This document shows positions 24,527 to 38,064 of a stretch of DNA of 64,000 bases, in pieces; the first letter of the stretch is position 1, and each line of letters starts with the position of its first letter. Below the pieces are notes generated by a model. That model did no database searches. It was not told the origin of the DNA and was given only the letters and a program-made list of their open reading frames with translations. Source of the stretch: Mytilus edulis (lineage: Eukaryota). The translations under genes were made by a program, and so were the position numbers. The stretch is from the NCBI RefSeq assembly GCF_963676685.1, contig NC_092349.1:31434001-31498000 (forward strand). Direction: 5' to 3'.

Positions 24527-27500
24527 CTAATTTCCGTGGCACGTAGTGTAACTGGAATTAATTGTCTTCTCTCGTAGTAGTTCGAAGGCGTATGAATTTT
24601 TTGGGCGGGCAAAATTATTGTGTTAATGACAGGTGTATATATGGTCATTTCTAGCTCTGACTTACTTGAGTGAACATCAAATTTTTCTCTGAGGGCCATG
24701 ATGGATCCGGACATCAGGAATAGAGTAGCGGATTGTCGGGGAGAAAAGTCGAATATCACAGAATGATTTATTGTTACAAATGGAAGGGATGTTTTCAATA
24801 AAACTAACAAGAATTCGATCATCAACAGAAGGAGAGATCCGAATTACAAATGAACAGGTTACAAATGAACTTTCGGTGAACGATGTCTATAAAATTCAAA
24901 GAAAGTCGTGTGAAATGGAAAGTGGTACAGGAATATACAGCGAATCCCCTCGCTTATGATTCCGAGGACGATCGTAAATTTCTGAGAGCGCAGACACGAG
25001 CGGAAAGGAAAACAAAAGCAGAGAAAGCTAAGAAGAAAACACCAACGCCGTATAGCAGGCCAACTTCAACTGCTACTTCTAGTGATACAAATGGAAAAGC
25101 AAGTGGGAGGCCCGGAGTTTGCTATATCTGCTACAAGCCTGGTCACTGGAAATTTGAATGTCCAGAGAAAAAACGAAAGTTAAGTACTAATTTATTTAAT
25201 GTTCATAAATTAAGTAGCATTTGCTCAGATTTACTATATGATAATAGTTTACAGGTGAATACGAATCACCTAACTGATAAGTCTTTAAAATATTTCATGA
25301 ATGATGATAGTATTTGTTTACTCGAGCGTGAACGTATCGAACAGGTGTCTAGCCAGTTAACGGTAAATTCAAGTTCACTCACACCTGTAGTTAAATTGAA
25401 AAATCAATACACAAGTGGAGAGATATAGGCACAAGCATGTATATTTTAAGTGTTATAGAAAAGGGATACGGTATTTCATTCAAAGTGCTACCAGAAAATA
25501 TTATATTGAGAAATAATAAATCTGCTAGGGATAACGGGGATTTCGTTATTGGCGAGATTTTAAAATTGACAGAAAAAGGTTGCATTTCAGAAGTTAAAGA
25601 GATACCTTTTGTGGTTAATCCTTTAACAGTAGCTTTTAGTAGATATAAGAAGCCCCGTTTAGTTTTGGACTGTAGGTATATCAACGAATGTATACACTAG
25701 TTTAGGTTTAAATTTGAAGATGGTATAGTTGCAAGAGAATTGTTTGAAAAAGGCAATTTTTTATTTAGATATGACCTTAAAAGTGCATATCATCATTTGG
25801 AAATATTAGAGGAACATAGAACTTATTGAGTTTCAGTCGGGATTTCAATGGTATAACAAAGTACTTTGTATTTAATGTTCTTTTCTTTTGGTCTGGCCAG
25901 TGCGGGTCATATTTTTACCAAAGTTCTTAAGGAAGTGATACTGAAGAAATCAGGGGTTGAAGATAATAATGTATCTTGATGATGAGCTTGGAGGTGCAAG
26001 TGATTTTCAATCAGCTGAAAGAACTAGCTCGTACTTAAGATCTAGTTTGTCTGAATTTGTTTTTTCAATAGCTGAAGCAAAATGTGTTTGGTATCCACAG
26101 TAAAATCTTACCTGGATAGGTTTGGTATGGGATATGGAGTTCGGGAAACTTAGAGTTTCCGGTGAACGTATAGACAGATTAGTTGATGTTATCAGTAAAA
26201 TACTTTTCTGTTGTGGAAAAGGAAAAATTTTGCACAGTACAAAGTTTGTTGCCGGAATTGTTGGTCAGATTATATCAATGCAGGCTGTGTTTAATAGGTG
26301 ATTTAGTTAGAGTTAGAACTAGAGAATTGTATAACTGTATACTTTTAAGGGCAAGTTGGAAGTCACTTGTTGCTCTGACAGCTCCGGTTGTCGAGGAGCT
26401 CAGATACTGGTTAAATTCAGTGACGCAGTTAAATGAGCAAGGTAATGATCAGCATGAGTCAGATGTATGTGATTTGGTGGCGTTCACTGATGCCTCAGAA
26501 GTAGGTTTTGGGGGCTATATTGTGCCAGCAGATGATGGCATATGTGACGAGTCGGTCTGTGACTCGTAAGAAATTCTGACTGACTGTGATCTAGAATTAC
26601 CAGGTAACAGTTTGAATACTGTAGTAGGAAGTTGGACAGTATTGGAAAGTGGTAAAAGTTCAACATGGCGTGAGCTTGAAGTAGTAAGCAGAACAGTGCA
26701 AAGTTTGTTAAGATGTTTAGAAAACCATTGTTTAAATTAGAATACAGACAATAAGAATGTAACTAGTATAGTTAAAAATGGTAACAAAAACCGTAACTGC
26801 AAAATATTGCTTGTGAGCTAAATTATTTATGTTCAGAGAACAATATAAAAATTAATCCACATTGGATTCCAAGAGAATAAAATAAAATTACTGATGGTCT
26901 GAGTAGATATTCAGATTGCGACGACTGGGGTATTAAAGAATTCTGTATTTCAAATGTTAGATAAGTTATGGGGTAGACATGCATTAAACAGATTTGCTAC
27001 AGATTACAAGGCTAAATGTTCGAGATTTAATTTTAAATGTTGGTGTAAGAATACAGAAGCAATTGATGCGTTCTCACAAAACTGGTTTGGTGAAAACAAT
27101 TGTTTAGTACCACCACCAAATGTTGTTTGTAAGGTTATAAGAAAACTTTGCAATGATTAGGCAATTTGTACATTGGTGGTTCCATTGTGGTATTCTTCAC
27201 CTTATTGGTTGATGTTACATGATACAATTTGAAACATTTCATAACAGACAAGCATCATATAATGACCAATAGCCCTGTTGCTCCCGGAAGGAGAAATAAT
27301 AGTGTATTTGGGAAATATATGAAATTTTCCTTGATTGCATTTAAGATCAGATTTGATTGATTTTATTTTGTATTTTTGTACAGAGTTAACGCTTGGACTT
27401 TTGTAACAGAAGCCGTGGAGGATAGTGGTATCGGAGAGGATCATCCTTTACATGATTTGGTGGATAGTTTTTCGTCGAGACTGCTTGATGCCAGAAGTGA

Positions 27501-29188
27501 CAGTGCTGTTAGAAAATATAATTATGCTTTTAAATAATGGAAAACATTCTCGCATGAACATAATTTGACTTATTTGCCAGCATCACCTATTCATGTTTCT
27601 TTATATTTAGTTCATTTGCATTGCTTGATTCATGTGCTGCATACAGTACAATCAATAGTGTTTTTTTATTCCATTAAATGGGCTCATGACATGTCAGGTC
27701 AGTTAGATCCTACAGAGAATGCTTTGTAAAACATATAGTTGAGTCGGCTAAACGTACTGCTAATGCTCCAGTTGTAAAGAAAGATCCTGTCTCCAATGAT
27801 AATTTGATAAGTTTATGTTCTATGTTTCAAGGGTCGAATGATTTAAACGTTGTTAGGGATCTGGCTATGATTTTACTGAGTTATAGCGCCTTTCTTGGAT
27901 TTAGTGAGTTGAGTAATCTGAAGTGTAACGACATTATTTTTAAAGAATGTTGGTATGGCGCATTTAGATATTTTTTTCAGACAAGTATTTATTTCGTCCA
28001 TTGTACAAATCTAAGAATAAGTCTGGTTTAATTCAGGTTAATAAACTGATCAGCTATAGCACAGCTAGAGAATGCACACTGAAGCGTTTGAAATTAGTTG
28101 CTCCAGAGTTGAATCTTGGTTTGCACTCTTTGAGGTCTGGTGGTGACACTGCGGCGGCTAATTCGGACGTTAACGAAAGGTGCTGGAAGCGCCAGGGTAG
28201 ATGGAAAAGCGATTCTAGTAAAGATGGTTATGTGGCTGATTCTATTGAAAACAGACTAAAAGTGTCGAATCAATTAGGTTTATGATTTATGAATAGCAAG
28301 TTTGGTGTTTAGAAGTTTTTGTTTAATTTGAAATTATTTGTTTATACAGTCTAGCTATCTTTGTTGTTTTCTATATACATAAGCAGCAAGCTAGTCGACA
28401 AACATACGTTTGTGTTTTAGTTGTTTATTGGTAGAAGTGTTGCTATGTTATGAACATAAAGTATAAAGAAGACTCGCTAATTTCCGTGGCACGTAGTGTA
28501 GCGGGAATTAATTGTCTTCTCACGTAGTAGTTTCAAGGCGTATGATTTTTTTGGGCGGGAAAAATATTGTGTTAGATGATAGGTGTATATGTGGTCATTT
28601 CTAGCTCTGCCTTACTTGAGTGAACATCAAATTTTTTCACTTTCACGTTAAGAAACGTTTTTTAAATATTAAGTATATAAGTATGTTCAAATTAGCATTA
28701 AAAGTTCAAACTTTTTTATATATATAGGTGGTAGGGCTATACAAACGTAATCGGATTTGGTTATTTCAGACTCATTTCTGTCTTCAAATTATTTTCATTT
28801 AGCCGCAGTCTTTTGACTGATAGCAGATTATTTGCATTTTACATTTTAAATGTTTTCTTGAATGTTTTTTTAACATTCTTATATCAAGTGCGGTCCAACA
28901 CTTGGGGTTTCACTTGGCATTGGCAAAAGGACACAGGTTTCTAAAAGTAGATTTTCCTGGACGGCCACGAAACAATTAGATATTAGTAGAAGGTATTAGA
29001 AGGTATTATGATTGCCAGAACTTTTAATGTGTATTGATGTGACATGTTTGTACATATTTGTTTGATAAAACCGGCAGCTCAGAAAATACACAAGCAGCAA
29101 GCTAGTCGACAAACATACGTTTGTGTTTTAGTTGTTTATTGGTAGAAGTGTTGCTATGTTAGGAACATAAAGTATAGAGAAGACTCTA
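24527..29188 (+). mobile_element. Decayed tyrosine-recombinase retrotransposon (PAT-like DIRS order): gag-RT-RNaseH-MT-YR with split direct repeats
   Basis: gag CCHC CYICYKPGHWKFEC; RT DLKSAYHH, FGLASA and YLDD; RNase H FTDAS, SSTWREL, TDN and WIPRE; methyltransferase-like RFA...DAFSQNW...VPP; YR HSLRSGG...GRWKS...GY. Repeats: A1 24527-24687, B1 ~28375-28475, A2 28477-28637, B2 ~29087-29186. Many stops and frameshifts. Confidence 0.92.
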
Positions 29189-29627
29189 TATTCACTACAT
29201 TGTAAGTAAAATAACTTTGAAGATAAAAAACAGCAACATTTTTGTGGCATTATTTTATCATTTCAAGTTCCAAGAATCTTAAACAGCATTAAAATTTTAG
29301 GTTGCAAATTTAAAAGTTGCTTTATTTGAAAACAAAAGAAATTACTGTAGATAATGCATTTAAGCTATATAACAACTAATTTGACTTGATTTAAGGTAGG
29401 ACAATACAAAGATTTTTTTACTTCCAATCTCCAACCTTTAAAATGCTGTTACTTTCTTAAAACTGCATATAAATTAATGAAAGAGGTATATATAGATAGA
29501 TAAAAGATTAATCGTTTAAATGAATGAAATATTTTTGTTATGAAATCATTATGTAATCAATTATTATGCAATTAATTGCAAAATCTTGGCCAGTTCACTT
29601 GAATGAATTTAGCTCTTTCATCTCTAT

Positions 29628-30345
29628 AAAATTGAGAATGGAAATGGGGAATGTGCCAAAGAGACAACAACCCGACCATAGAAAAAAACAACAGCAGTAG
29701 GTCACCAACAGGTCTTTAATGTAGCGAGAAATTCACGCACCCGGAGGCGTCCTTCTGGCCCCTAAACAAATATATACTAGTTCAGTGATAATGAACGCCA
29801 TACTAATTTCCAAATTGTACACAAGAAACTAAAATTAAAATAATACAAGACTAACAAAGGCCAGATGCTCCTAACTTGGGACAGGCGCAAACATGCGGCG
29901 GGGTTAAACATGTTTGTGAGATCTCAACCCTCCCCCTATACCTCTAATGTAGAAAAGTAAACACATAACAATACGCACATTAAAATTCAGTTCAAGAGAA
30001 TTCCGAGTCTGATGTCAGAAGATTTAACCAAAGAAAATAAACAAAATGACAATAATGCATAAATAACAACAGACTACTAGCAGTTAACTGACATGCCAGC
30101 TCCAGACTTCAATTAAACTGACTAAGATTATGATTTCATCATATGAACATCAGGCACAATCCTTCCCGTTAGGGGTTTAGTATCATACCATCATAACATA
30201 TATGAGAAGAACATAACCCGTGTCATGCCAACAACTGGTTTTGAATAAATGTGTTTAGTTTCGATGCAAAGACCCTATAAATGAATCAATATTGACGCCA
30301 AAATATGCAATCTTTAATGACCTGACAACAGTATCGTAACTATGC
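29628..30345 (+). repeat. Interspersed repeat (aattgagaatggaaatggggaatgtg family), interrupted by the LINE
   Basis: A reverse-strand copy of its 5' part lies at ~54535-54828. Confidence 0.7.
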
Positions 30346-30349
30346 TACG

Positions 30350-33300
30350 TCATCCCAGAATAGATTATGGTTAAAGCTTGATAAGTATTTCTTTGGACTT
30401 AAACAAGATTTATATCTTTGTGCTGTTTATATCCCCCCTTTTTCATCAGCACACTATGATATGACTTGGAAAATCTTGAAAATGAAATTAGTTCATTTTC
30501 TATATTGAAGGACAAATTATTTTAATAGGGGATTTTGATTCTAGAACTGCAATGAAAGCAGACTATATAGAAAATGACTCAGATGAAATAAATAACTTTG
30601 ATGGTATTGACCTTCTTCCAGAGAGCTATATAACTGATATTGAAATCAGAGGAGTAAACCAAGATAGCACTTTGAATACATTGGGGAATAAATTACTTGA
30701 ATTATGTTCGTCCTCAAGGCTACGTATACTCAATGGTCGTTTATTGGGAGATTCCCTGGGATATTTTACTTATATGTGTAATACTGGGTTCAGTATAGTT
30801 GATTATGCTATTGCAAGTGAGAGTCTCCTGCCTGAGGTAAAATACTTTAAAACAAATGACTTTACATATTTATCAGATCATGTTCAAATAAACTTATATA
30901 TGAATTGTTCTATTATATCAGATACATGTATGAAGAAATGTTTAGATGAAAAGAGATGGCATTTGATAAAATCATACAAATGGACAGAATTGTCATCTTC
31001 AAAATTAATTGATGTTCTATCAACAGAAGATGTTAAAAAGGAAATTTTAGATTTAGAGATGCAACATTTTGATAGCAATAAACTAGGCGTTGATGGTGCA
31101 ACTGAAAAACTTACCAAAATTATACAAACTATTGCAGAAAACACATGTAAAGCCATAGCTAAACCAACAAAAAAGAAAAAGATAAAAATTAAACAAGTAT
31201 GGTCAGATAATGTAGTATATGAAACAAAAAGACAAATAAACTTTTTAGGAAATAAAATCAAGAATAACTTAAATGACAAAAGTTTAAAACCTAAATATTT
31301 TGAATTATGCATGTTATGTAAAAAACTAAAAAAAAATGATTAAACAGAAAAAATTTGAATATCACCAAAAACTTTATAAATCACTTTCAGATAATTTTAA
31401 AAATAATCCAAAAGAATACTGGAATATTCTAAAGGCAATAAAAAAGAAACCAAATATTGAAGAAGATATTCATGAAAATAAAATCATAAAACATTTTCAG
31501 GATCAGGGTACACCAGCCTCATATGATAAATCCTTTGTAAATAAACTGGAATGTGAACTAAACATTCTAGAAGATAATATTGAATTGAATATGGAAACTG
31601 ATGCACCAATTACATTTGCTGAGGTAAAATTGGTCATTTCAAACCTTAAAGTAAACAAATCAGCAGGCCCAGATAGAATTGTGAATGAAATACTCAAACA
31701 ATCACAACCTGTGATAATTAATTCTATTGTAAAAGTTTTTAATTTGATTTTAAAGACAGGTAATTATCCAGATTCTTGGAAATTATCTTTCATGATCCCT
31801 TTACATAAAAAAGGTGAAAAGTTAGACCCTAATAATTATAGAGGAATTTCTCTTATAAGTAATCTACCAAAAAATTTTAATGCCATATTGAATAATAGAC
31901 TAATCAAGATTGTTGACAAACAATTAAGTGATTGTCAGTTTGGTTTTAGAGAAAATCACAGAACAGCTGATAGCATCTTTTTATTAAAGTCCTTGATAAA
32001 TAAATATTTACATAAAGAGAAAAAAAAGATTTATGCCTGCTTCATAGATCTGAAAAAGGCTTTTGATTCAGTATGGAGAACTGCTTTACTTTATAAATTA
32101 TGTAAAATGGGAGTTGGCAGGTCTTTTTATAGAGTTTTAAAACAACAATACTTAAATACTAAATCATCTTTAAAATATAAAGATTATGTATGACTATCAG
32201 AATATTTTAATATTGCTAAAGGGGTTAAACAAGGAGACACACTAAGCCCCACTTTATTTAATGTCTTTATAAATGATATCGTAAACATTTTTGAGAGAAA
32301 TGATTCAAGTCCCCTTAAGCTTATAAATAGTAAGGTGGGATGCCTCCTTTTTGCAGATGATCTTTTAATCCTGTCAGAATCAAAAGAGGGTCTTCAAAAC
32401 AGTTTAAATAATGTTAAATTATATTGGAACAAATGGCAACTCTCTTTGAATACAAACAAAACTAAATCCATGATTTTTAGTCAGTCAAAACATAATAGTG
32501 AAACATCACATATTTACTATGAGAATAAAGCCATAGAGAGTGTAACAGAATATTCATTTTTGGGAATGTTGATAAAATGTAATGGAAATTTATCACAAAG
32601 AACTTTAGAGTTGACAAAAAAGGCAAAAAAAGTATGTTTTGCAATAAAATCCTATACTAAATCATTGAATAATCTACCTATAAAAGTAGCAAATAATCTT
32701 TTTGATTCTTTAGTAAAACCAATTATGACCTATAATTCAGAAGTAACATATTTGGATACATATATTTCTTTTCATCGAGCCTTATCTTCAGGAAAAGAAA
32801 TTAATCAACTCGATTTTATAGACAAAACCCCCATTGAAAATATGCATCTTAAATTTTGTAAATCTACTCTAGGAATAAGAAAAAATGCATCCAATTTAGG
32901 AGCAAGAGCTGAATTAGGGAGATTGCCTATCGAATGTTTTATTAAAACACAAACCCTTTTATATTTAGCTAGACTATATAATAATAATATTAATCCATTG
33001 ATAAAGGAAGCTTTTTCTCTAGCACAGTCTCTAGATTTGACAGGAACTTACTCATGGTATACATATGCAAAAAATATTGTTAAAGAGACTAATGTTGACC
33101 TTAATATTCTTTCTAATTGTAAGGACATAAAAGATGTAAATAAAATAAAAAACGATATAAAGTTAAAAATGAAAAATAGATATGAAGATTTAATTCAAAA
33201 TAAATTTCAAAACATTTATGATAAAAGTAAATTTTTTCTTTATAAAAAAATCAAAAAAGATTACAAACTAGAATCTTATCTTAATACATCTAATTTTCAG

Positions 33301-33786
33301 ATAAGGAGATTAATCACTAAATTTAGAATAAGTGATCACTCCCTTTTGATTGAAAAGGGGAGATATTTTAAAATCCCAAGAGAGGAACGACGTTGCCATA
33401 AATGTAAAATACTAGAGGATGAGAAACATTTTTTACTCTATTGTGAGTATAATAAAACTCTAAGAAATGATTTTTTTCCTCACATATGTACTGAAAATAA
33501 TAACTTTAATAATTTAAATGAAGAAGAAAAAATTCAATATTTACTAAATCCATCATCGCCTTTACAAACAAATAAGTTAGGCATGTGTTAGGATCCTTCT
33601 TGAAAAAGTCATTAGAACTTAGGGCAGGGGACTCTTAACAACTTGTTTGTTGTTAAAAAAAAAATTGATGCTGTTGTTATTGTGTATGTTTAACATGTAT
33701 GTTTATTGTGTTTATTGTGTTAATATATGTTGGTCACAAACTGTAAAGTTTATATGACAATAAAAAAATATTTGATTTGATTTGAT
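30350..33786 (+). mobile_element. Non-LTR retrotransposon ORF2 (APE endonuclease, RT, C-terminal Cys/His), 5'-truncated and disabled; tentatively RTE-X-like
   Basis: YIPP, GDF, ILNGR, VDY and SDH (30552-31343), then a frameshift. NYRGISL, QFGFR and FIDLKKAFDSV (31336-32193), then an in-frame TGA. GVKQGDTLSP, LFADD and RISDHSLLIEKGRY...CHKC...HFLLYC follow. (TTTGA)3 tail. Confidence 0.93.
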
Positions 33787-34509
33787 ATATCTATATATAT
33801 AAGTCTATTCAAAGGTTTTGTTAGTTTTTGAGGTGAATACTGACACCTTTGTGCTTTATAAAGAATATTTCCATAAAAAATTGGTCTACACAAGAAATTT
33901 CAACGTTATCTTAATCAACACATCAGGAGCTACTAAAGGGTGTCTCAAATTATTGCTATCGTATTCCATTCTCTCATAAATTTGTAATTAGTGTAAACAT
34001 CCTTGCCACATAAAAGTAGATAATGTTTGATTAGGTGTAAAATTTGATCTATACATTTTTTTTCGAAAACTGAGACACCCTTTGGTAGATAATGGATCTA
34101 GGAACAACATATAATAAAATCAACCCTCTCGTAGAAAAAGTTATCATTATGGTTGATAACATAATTCTTGTATGATACAAACATTGCATTAAATTGAAAG
34201 AGTGATCTTTTAGCTATCCATAGATACCACTATTATAAATTTTCAAGCATTATTAAGAAGGTTACAGCATTTTAAAACTGGGGAATTGGAGGTATAAAAT
34301 CTTTGTCTTGTGCTACCTTAAATAATATATACATAAATAGGGTTTGCACATTTTGTCTTGTTGTCCAGATCAGAAGTACTTGTTTCTGTACTACCAATCT
34401 TCTGGGAACTAGTGCGCTCGAATATGCAACTGAAAGTATGTTTAATTTTTCAGCACTTGTAAGGATATAGTATAGTTTTGGTACATTGTTTGACACACAA
34501 CGACTGCCA

Positions 34510-35765
34510 ATTTTTTAACCGGATTTTCGAATTAAATATCGATTATTAATTTGGGGATGTACGGCGGACGGTTGGGCAGGCAGGTGTCTGCCAAACAGTG
34601 TCTGCACCATAACATGAAAACACTTTGACAATTTTTTTTTCAAATTTGAATATGTTGTTTACTGTGACTAAATAAAGGTCTTGTTCAATTTTCAAGATTT
34701 TCATCTTTCTCTTTTTGAGTGATCACCATTTTTGATATCCAAAAGTGGTATTTTTTAATATTTTATCTTGTCATATTATGACTGTGGTAAAGTATATGGT
34801 AAATGTCTTATCCCACAATTATAATTGGAGTGACAGATTTATTTGAAAATTTTCTATTTCGTAAATGGTGATAATTATAAGCTATATATAGTATTAAACA
34901 TTTTGAAGTTAATTACACTACTAATAATTTTATGGTGTGTATGTTTTTCTGTAAAAACTAATTTTCTGAGTGATAGCTAGTTTTATAAATGTTTTTTTTT
35001 TGTGTCTGTTAATTTTAATTTTTACTTGATCCTGTTTGGGGTTCCAGATATGAAAATGCATCAGATAATAATCTATTATTTATAAGTTAAAAAGTTAAAA
35101 TTAAGATAAGATAAGTTGCAGATCTATATAAGTATGTTACAAATGAAAGAGTAATATTGGGAACCATCAACTATATACATAAAGTTTGATTTTGATTTCA
35201 ACACTAAGTGATAAGATAACACACATCTGTTAATTTTCAATGCAATCGACCAATTATAATTGAAGTGACAGATTTATTAGAAAACTATTATTTATATTAG
35301 ATTGTGATTTAAAAATGATTATAACATCACATCTCTTTTATAATCCTGGTACCTTTGATATCTCTTTAAGTCATATCTAATTGTGTAGTCTATGGTGAAC
35401 TCATATTTAATTTTAGATTTACATTATTGAATCATGGATATAAAGGTTGTTTTGTTTCCATTTGAACAGAAATGGTTTACTCAGTATATCATCAAAACTT
35501 GAAATATGGGGGTTCCTGGATATGCTGATTCTAGCAATGTCCTTAGATTGGATATTGGATCATAATAGGTAAATGTTTAACTTCAAATTTTTCAGTTCTT
35601 TGAACACATTTATTTTGTGTCACAAACACATGCTGTATCAAATATTCAATCACAATCCCAATTCAGAGCTGTTAAGCTTAAATATTGTGTCCATACTTGC
35701 TCAACTGTTCAGGGTTTGACCTCTGCAGGAAAATCAGATTTGCTATCTCTCTGACAGCCTCTTGT
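34510..35765 (+). mobile_element. Decayed HINE-like repeat
   Basis: The 3' part (35500-35730) is similar to HINE 23745-23970. Absent from duplication copy 3. Confidence 0.5.
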
Positions 35766-35907
35766 CTTAACTTAAAAAAAAGTAGCTTTTTATTCTTAAA
35801 ATTGCAGTGTTAAACACAGAAGCAATGCGGCTATGAACAGGATGAATTAGTGGCTTCATATCTTAATAGGTGAACATATCACCTTTTTAACTTTTTTTTA
35901 TTCGTGC

Positions 35908-35947
35908 GTCACTGATGAGTCTTTTGTAAACGAAACGCGCGTCTGGC
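35908..35947 (+). ncRNA. Type I hammerhead ribozyme in a ~90-nt solo insertion
   Basis: gtca-CTGATGA-gtct(tttgt)aaac-GAAA-cgcgcg-TC^tggc, with one stem II mismatch. Confidence 0.75.
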
Positions 35948-36408
35948 ATATATACAAAATTTAGTCCTGGTATCTATGATGAGTTTATTTTTTACTGTTC
36001 TCATCTGTATGACCCTTAGGACAGATAGTACTGCCTTACAAGGTTAATATGCATTACAAAACTCTACCGTTTATCGTTTTTTATTCGGTAAATATCTACA
36101 CAGAGACAATATTATTTCGGACGGTTATCAATAATTCTCGATGAACCCAATGTAACAACTTTAAAAGTGATGACGGAAAGTAATAAGAAAGCACTGTTCC
36201 CTTGAATTTTTTAAAGATATTTCGTACTATTTCATGGGAAATCACCAGTATGAAGATTTGTATAGTTTTCTTCCATACAAAATGTCTTTTTATGATAAAA
36301 AAGATATACTCAATTATATAGTCATATTTTTTTTTAAAGTATCTTCTTTATTCAAACAGATGCAAAGGTAAATGTTCGTTTACTTTTCAACCGATTATTC
36401 TTTGTTTT

Positions 36409-38064
36409 TTATTTGCACAAAAATACCAATATCTCTCTTGTAGTGACATTTGAAATAAACAGTTTAGAAAAGTCGTTACTGAATTCAAAGCCATATGGAC
36501 ATTTAAATTCCTCACTTTTTGTCAAAATAGTTTTGATAGATTTATCTTCAAACGAAAACAGCTTAAACTTTGCTGGTCCATATTCCATTAAATATGCATT
36601 GTTTGAGCTGTCGGTTTTAACAGCCATCACTCGACTAGTATCATCTGAGGACATTGATACAATGGTTCCGTCTAATTTAACACAATTTAATTTCGATTTT
36701 ACAACATTAGCTTGAGCATAATAAAGTTGAGTTTTTGGTCCAATTGATAGGGAGTGTACTAAGCTGCCTCCAACATCAAGTGTTCTCTTTAAGTCACCGG
36801 TTTTGCTTACAATGTATATTTTGCCGGAACTACCTACAGCAATTTGATCGTCAATAAGTGTAATACCATGACATCGTCCTGGTGATTTGATCGTTTTTCC
36901 TTTCTTCATTGTAACTATATCTACTGGTTGAATAGAGTTTATTGTTGGAAGTGTAATCCATGCTAAATTCTTTTCTTCTTCCATAGCTATCCCCCACTGA
37001 ATTCCGTCCATTTGAATTGTTGCCAACTGTTGACCTTTGTCTGACATAACATATAAATTGCTACCGGTATAATTACACAGAAATAATCTATTGTCTTTTG
37101 TCACACCTATACCGGCAATAAGTGCACCAGCTGCTTTGAATTTGACATCAAGTTTAAATTGTGTTGGCATCTTTCTCTGCTGCTGTAGGGCTTGTGCTTG
37201 TTGAACATTAAATGGTTGGTATTTGATATCAAACGAAGACTTCTTTATTTCAATGGAACCAAATGATTTTATAACGGACAACAAATAGGATTCTTTAAGC
37301 GAAAGAGAAACATCTTTTTGGCAAGACAGAAGTTGTTGAAAATCCTTGGCTTGACCTTTTAATTCTGCTTTGATATTATGTAGTAACATAAATATTTGAC
37401 TTTCTGAGCCATATTTTGTGACAGATTCAAACTGTTCGGATATATTTTGTATCTTTGTTCTGCGATCGCATATTTTTTCAAGATCGTCACTAGATTGTTT
37501 TGACAGGTTTGTATGTATTTTGTCAATTTCAGACATGATAGCTGCTTCCATTTCTTGAATACGCTTCTTCAATTGTTTCTCCAAGGTTTTAACTTCTTGC
37601 TGAACATTCTCTTTACTGTCATTAAGACTGATCATGCCTTTTCTCTTTTTATCTTCCAGCTCGTTAACAGCGGTATTAAGAATATGGACATCCGTGTTAA
37701 TTTCTTCATACATGGTTGAACGTTTGACTCCTTTGGCAGCTACTTCAATTGGCAGTAACTTTTCACAAGATCGATGATCATTAGCCATGCATGACTGACA
37801 GCACAATGTATCGTGGTCACAGCAAAAGTATTCTAAAAGCATATTCGGATGAACATCGCATGATTTATTGACAACGACTGGATTTCCGTCAATTACGTTG
37901 ACATCAATAACATGATGGGATGCACATGATTTAATGCTTCCGTGAACATCTAAACATTCGGAACACAGTGCATCCTCGCAGTCTGTGCAATACTTTATAG
38001 CTTTGGTGGATTTACTTCGTCTTGAACAGGTTCCACAAAACATGTTTGGGGATTTTGACGCCAT
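36409..38064 (-). CDS. RING-less TRIM-like protein: B-box1, B-box2, coiled coil, NHL-like/6-bladed beta-propeller (copy 1), 551 aa
   Basis: CxxC...CxxCxxxLCxxCxxxH...HH and CxxH...CxxH...CCxxC...HxxC, then a heptad-rich middle and GI(A/G)-type propeller blades. Single coding exon with an acceptor (CAG|GAA ATG) 3 nt before the ATG. AATAAA at 36352-36347. Confidence 0.9.
   Translation of the reverse strand: MASKSPNMFCGTCSRRSKSTKAIKYCTDCEDALCSECLDVHGSIKSCASHHVIDVNVIDGNPVVVNKSCDVHPNMLLEYFCCDHDTLCCQSCMANDHRSCEKLLPIEVAAKGVKRSTMYEEINTDVHILNTAVNELEDKKRKGMISLNDSKENVQQEVKTLEKQLKKRIQEMEAAIMSEIDKIHTNLSKQSSDDLEKICDRRTKIQNISEQFESVTKYGSESQIFMLLHNIKAELKGQAKDFQQLLSCQKDVSLSLKESYLLSVIKSFGSIEIKKSSFDIKYQPFNVQQAQALQQQRKMPTQFKLDVKFKAAGALIAGIGVTKDNRLFLCNYTGSNLYVMSDKGQQLATIQMDGIQWGIAMEEEKNLAWITLPTINSIQPVDIVTMKKGKTIKSPGRCHGITLIDDQIAVGSSGKIYIVSKTGDLKRTLDVGGSLVHSLSIGPKTQLYYAQANVVKSKLNCVKLDGTIVSMSSDDTSRVMAVKTDSSNNAYLMEYGPAKFKLFSFEDKSIKTILTKSEEFKCPYGFEFSNDFSKLFISNVTTREILVFLCK

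Larger units (their letters stand above)
29395..34317. mobile_element. Kolobok-like non-autonomous DNA transposon hosting nested insertions
   Basis: TTAA TSD (29391-29394 and 34318-34321), ~65-bp imperfect TIRs with GG...CC termini (ggtaggacaatacaaagatttt / aaaatctttgtcttgtgctacc). Empty site at ~45995. Confidence 0.75.

Noticed and set aside
26954-28285. Prophage integrase/methylase or bacterial contamination
   Set aside because: These domains are collinear with gag, RT and RNase H inside split direct repeats, so they belong to a YR retrotransposon.
30884-31312. 142-aa minus-strand ORF and similar antisense ORFs (36413, 37513, 49477, 55394, 56509)
   Set aside because: These are shadow frames of the LINE and TRIM-like coding sequences.
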